Under the pieces are notes generated by a model. The model was not told the DNA's origin. It did no database searches and saw only the letters and a program-made list of their open reading frames with translations. The translations under genes and the position numbers were made by a program. DNA of 60,802 nucleotides, filler included, from Dehalococcoidia bacterium (GTDB lineage Bacteria; Chloroflexota; Dehalococcoidia; DSTF01; RBG-16-68-14), in NCBI GenBank assembly GCA_040882355.1. It is 6 parts of 6 records of this genome, joined end to end, with 100 filler letters (N's around TTAATTAATTAA, not from the genome) between each part and the next. Parts side by side here need not be neighbours in the genome. Positions count along the whole stretch, not along the records: positions 31,241 to 60,802 come from JBBEBM010000034.1; 5 more parts are not named here. One strand, given 5' to 3'. Shown piece by piece: positions 58,225-60,802 of the stretch (its first letter is position 1; each line of letters starts with the position of its first letter).

Positions 58225-59202
58225 CTAGCTCTTCGCCTTCAGGTCCGGGCCGGGTTCTTCTCGTTGATGGACGAAGAGACCGCGCAAGAAGCGCCCCACC
58301 CTGTCGCGCAGGGGCGTGCCGGCGCCGCCGGGCGCCAGCGCTTCAGCGTACTCACCCCGGCGTAGCCTTGCGTACTCGTACGAGAGAGCGGCGCTGAACA
58401 GGAGGATGGTCGCCGAGAGGTAGGTCCACAGGAGAAAGAGCATGAGGGCGCCGAGCGACCCGTAGATGATGTCGTAGTTGTTGAACCGTGCCACGTAGAA
58501 CGCGAAACCGTTCTTGAGCGCCTCGAAGAGCAGGGTGGCGAGCAGGGCGCCCGGCAAGACCTCGCTGAAGGAAGGCGATACGCTGGGCACGTAGCGGTAG
58601 ACAAGCAGGAACACGCCGAACGTGAGGAGCGCCGGGACGGCAAGGGATGTCGTGGACCAGAACAGGGTCTGGTCGCCTGTAAGCGGTCCGATCACGTCGT
58701 GGCTCGTCTCTTGCAGGATACGCAACGCCGTCGTACTGGCGATCGACGTAGCGATGAACGCGCCGAAGCCGGCCACCATGGCTAGGTCCAGCAGCTTCTG
58801 CTGGACGATCGGCCTGGGCGAGCTGGCCCCCCAGGTGATGTTGAGCGCGCGGCGAACCGCGCCGAACATGGCCGACGCGGACCAGGCCAAGGCCAGCAGG
58901 CCGGCGATCCCGAGCGCTGTGCTGACGCGGCTGACGCCGTTCAGCGTGTCTGAAACGAACGTCTCGCCCTCCCCCTGCTCAAGGGGCGCAGCCGCTACGA
59001 TGCGGTCGATCACTTCCCGCTCTACGTCCGGGTCGCGGACGATGAAACCGAAGACGGCCGTGAGGAAGATAACCAGCGGCACGATGGAGAAGAGGATGTA
59101 ATAGGAGATGGCCGCAGCCAAGATCGAGCTGTTGTCGGCGCCGTACTTGCCGACCGTTCGCCTGGTGAGAAGCCAGAGCGTCTTCCAGCCGCGGGCCATC
59201 AT
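58225..59202 (-). CDS. YihY/virulence factor BrkB family membrane protein
   Basis: LAAAISYYILFSIVP...IYGSLGALMLFLLWTYLS. Confidence 0.92.
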   Translation of the reverse strand: MMARGWKTLWLLTRRTVGKYGADNSSILAAAISYYILFSIVPLVIFLTAVFGFIVRDPDVEREVIDRIVAAAPLEQGEGETFVSDTLNGVSRVSTALGIAGLLALAWSASAMFGAVRRALNITWGASSPRPIVQQKLLDLAMVAGFGAFIATSIASTTALRILQETSHDVIGPLTGDQTLFWSTTSLAVPALLTFGVFLLVYRYVPSVSPSFSEVLPGALLATLLFEALKNGFAFYVARFNNYDIIYGSLGALMLFLLWTYLSATILLFSAALSYEYARLRRGEYAEALAPGGAGTPLRDRVGRFLRGLFVHQREEPGPDLKAKS

Positions 59203-59284
59203 CGGGCGTAGTCCTGGCCCATACGTTCAGTGTCGCAGGGCGCATGAGGGGTGTCAAAAGCCGTGCCGCCCTGGCGAGAGACAT

Positions 59285-59313
59285 GTAGGGGCGGGTTTGA
59301 AACCCGCCCCTAC
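59285..59313. repeat. GTAG-type REP palindrome
   Basis: GTAGGGGCGGGTTTGAAACCCGCCCCTAC; exact reverse complement of 36651-36679. Confidence 0.85.
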
Positions 59314-59338
59314 GGGCGATTCGAACCAGAGCCGCGGG

Positions 59339-60280
59339 CTAGCCGCCGGCGGGCGCGGGCTGTTCCGCGGGGTTGGGGACGGCGCGCGAGACGAAGTCGA
59401 CGTCGAAGAGGGCGGGCTTGATCTGCTGCGCGATCTCTTCGGGCGTCCAACGGCCTTCCTTCTCCATCTTCTTCACGGGCTCCGGGATCGGGTACCAGCC
59501 GATGGTGCCGCCGTAGCACATGAAGATGTGGCCGTTGATCCACCAGGCGTCGTCTGTGCCGAGGTAGACGACCATGGGGGCGATGTCGTCAGGGTCCTGC
59601 AGCATGCTCACGGTCTGGTCGCGCTGGGCGAGGCCCTGCTCCTGACGCTTCTGGCGCGCCTCGTCCGACACCCCGCCGGTCATGCGCGTGAGCGCCGCGG
59701 GTGCGATGCAGTTCACCGTGACGCCATACTTGCCGAGGTCGAGGGCCGCGGTGCGCGTGAGACCGGCTATGCCGCCCTTCGCCGCCGAGTAGTTCGCCTG
59801 GCCGGTGTTACCGCTCAGCCCCGCGCCCGAGGTGAAGGTGATGAAGCGGCCTGAGCGCTGCTGGCGGAAGATGGTAGCGGCGGGCTTGAGGAGCGCGAAG
59901 GTGCCCTTGAGATGCGTCTGGATGACGGCGTCCCACTCCTCTTCGCCCATGTTGAAGACCATGCGGTCGCGGAGGATGCCGGCGACGGTGACGACGATGT
60001 CCAGCTTGCCGTAGGTGTCGAGGGCGGCCTTGATGATCTTCTCGCCGCCCTCCATCGTCGCGACGGACTCGTAGCAGGCGAGCGCCTCGCCGCCCTTCGC
60101 CTTGATCTCGTCGACGACCTGGTCGGCAGGGCCGCGGTCGTCGCCCGAGCCGTCCATCGCGACGCCGGGGTCGTCGACGACGACCTTGGCGCCCGCTTCG
60201 GCGAGGGCGATGGCGACGCCCCGACCGATGCCGCGGCCGGCGCCGGTGACGATCGCTACTTTGCCATCGAGCATGCCCAT
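59339..60280 (-). CDS. SDR family oxidoreductase
   Basis: TGAGRGIG, AGILRD, YSAAK. Confidence 0.94.
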   Translation of the reverse strand: MGMLDGKVAIVTGAGRGIGRGVAIALAEAGAKVVVDDPGVAMDGSGDDRGPADQVVDEIKAKGGEALACYESVATMEGGEKIIKAALDTYGKLDIVVTVAGILRDRMVFNMGEEEWDAVIQTHLKGTFALLKPAATIFRQQRSGRFITFTSGAGLSGNTGQANYSAAKGGIAGLTRTAALDLGKYGVTVNCIAPAALTRMTGGVSDEARQKRQEQGLAQRDQTVSMLQDPDDIAPMVVYLGTDDAWWINGHIFMCYGGTIGWYPIPEPVKKMEKEGRWTPEEIAQQIKPALFDVDFVSRAVPNPAEQPAPAGG

Positions 60281-60394
60281 GAGTGGAACCTCCTCAGTCG
60301 TTATGTCGCACGGCGCATGCTACCGAGTGGCTCCCGCCGCCGACAACCCCCATCTGGGGGGCGCGGCCTCCTCGACAACCACTGTCTGGCGGCG

Positions 60395-60802
60395 CTAGGC
60401 GCCGTTCGGTGGCGCTGGCGGCTCCCAGACGTACTGCTTCCCGGTAGCGATGCAGTGCATCAGCTCGTCCAGGTCGGGCTGGCCGGGCTGGGGCGGCGCG
60501 TCGCCGGAGGGGAGCTGGCGGATGATGTTGAACGCGTCAGCGATCTTCCCGCCGCGGATGGCCGGCGAATGGCAGGAGGCGATCACCTGGATGTCGAGCT
60601 TCTGGGTGCGGTCGACGTGCTGCTCGAACTTGGCCTGATCGAGCAGCTTGAACCAGGGGCTGTTCCAGCAGTTGAACATCGTGACGCCGCCCTGCCACGG
60701 TTCGGCATCCAGCTCGCTGATGTCGTCCATCGGCCCCGGCAGGGGCGTCGCGAACGAATCGACGGCCCAGTAGACGCCGGTGCGGTCGTCGTAGAGGCCG
60801 CG
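60395..60802 (-). CDS. MBL-fold protein (FprA/ODP-like), 5' part beyond the window
   Basis: YWAVDSFA...SPW...IASCHSP; paralog of 1612-2412. Confidence 0.8.
   Translation of the reverse strand, partial: RGLYDDRTGVYWAVDSFATPLPGPMDDISELDAEPWQGGVTMFNCWNSPWFKLLDQAKFEQHVDRTQKLDIQVIASCHSPAIRGGKIADAFNIIRQLPSGDAPPQPGQPDLDELMHCIATGKQYVWEPPAPPNGA

Noticed and set aside
34223..59313. Possible CRISPR array made of ~28-bp palindromic repeats
   Set aside because: The repeats are dispersed and variable, with no regular spacers and no cas genes; they fit REP elements.

Overview
This is a high-GC draft or metagenome-assembled sequence made of six contigs joined by artificial 100-nt linkers (N-run, TTAATTAATTAA, N-run) at 6834-6933, 13377-13476, 19454-19553, 25346-25445 and 31141-31240. 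Adjacency across linkers has no biological meaning. Most of the content fits a Chloroflexota (probably Dehalococcoidia-related) host: a DUF2298/YYY membrane protein, UPF0182, an S10 operon with fusA directly before rpsJ, argC-argJ-argB, leuB and many oxidoreductase paralogs. Contig 5 (octaheme and lipoprotein cytochromes, copper genes) looks foreign. The strongest candidate for a new system is a complete 2,540-bp IS1595-family element (53574-56113; perfect 23-bp TIRs, 8-bp TSD) inserted in the centre of a host REP palindrome. It carries an RHH gene, a CCA-ending tRNA-like gene with discordant identity elements directly upstream of the transposase, a structured non-coding region and a minimal GIY-YIG nuclease. 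Other notable items: an intact plus degenerate ferritin-like diiron gene pair sharing an operator-like motif with a third paralog; a promoter-driven, GNRA-rich ~135-nt ncRNA candidate downstream of a nuclease-like/HPRT fusion; and two loci where foreign cargo is bracketed by a diverged copy of the neighbouring gene's 3' end. All family assignments come from motif recognition by eye; no database search was run.
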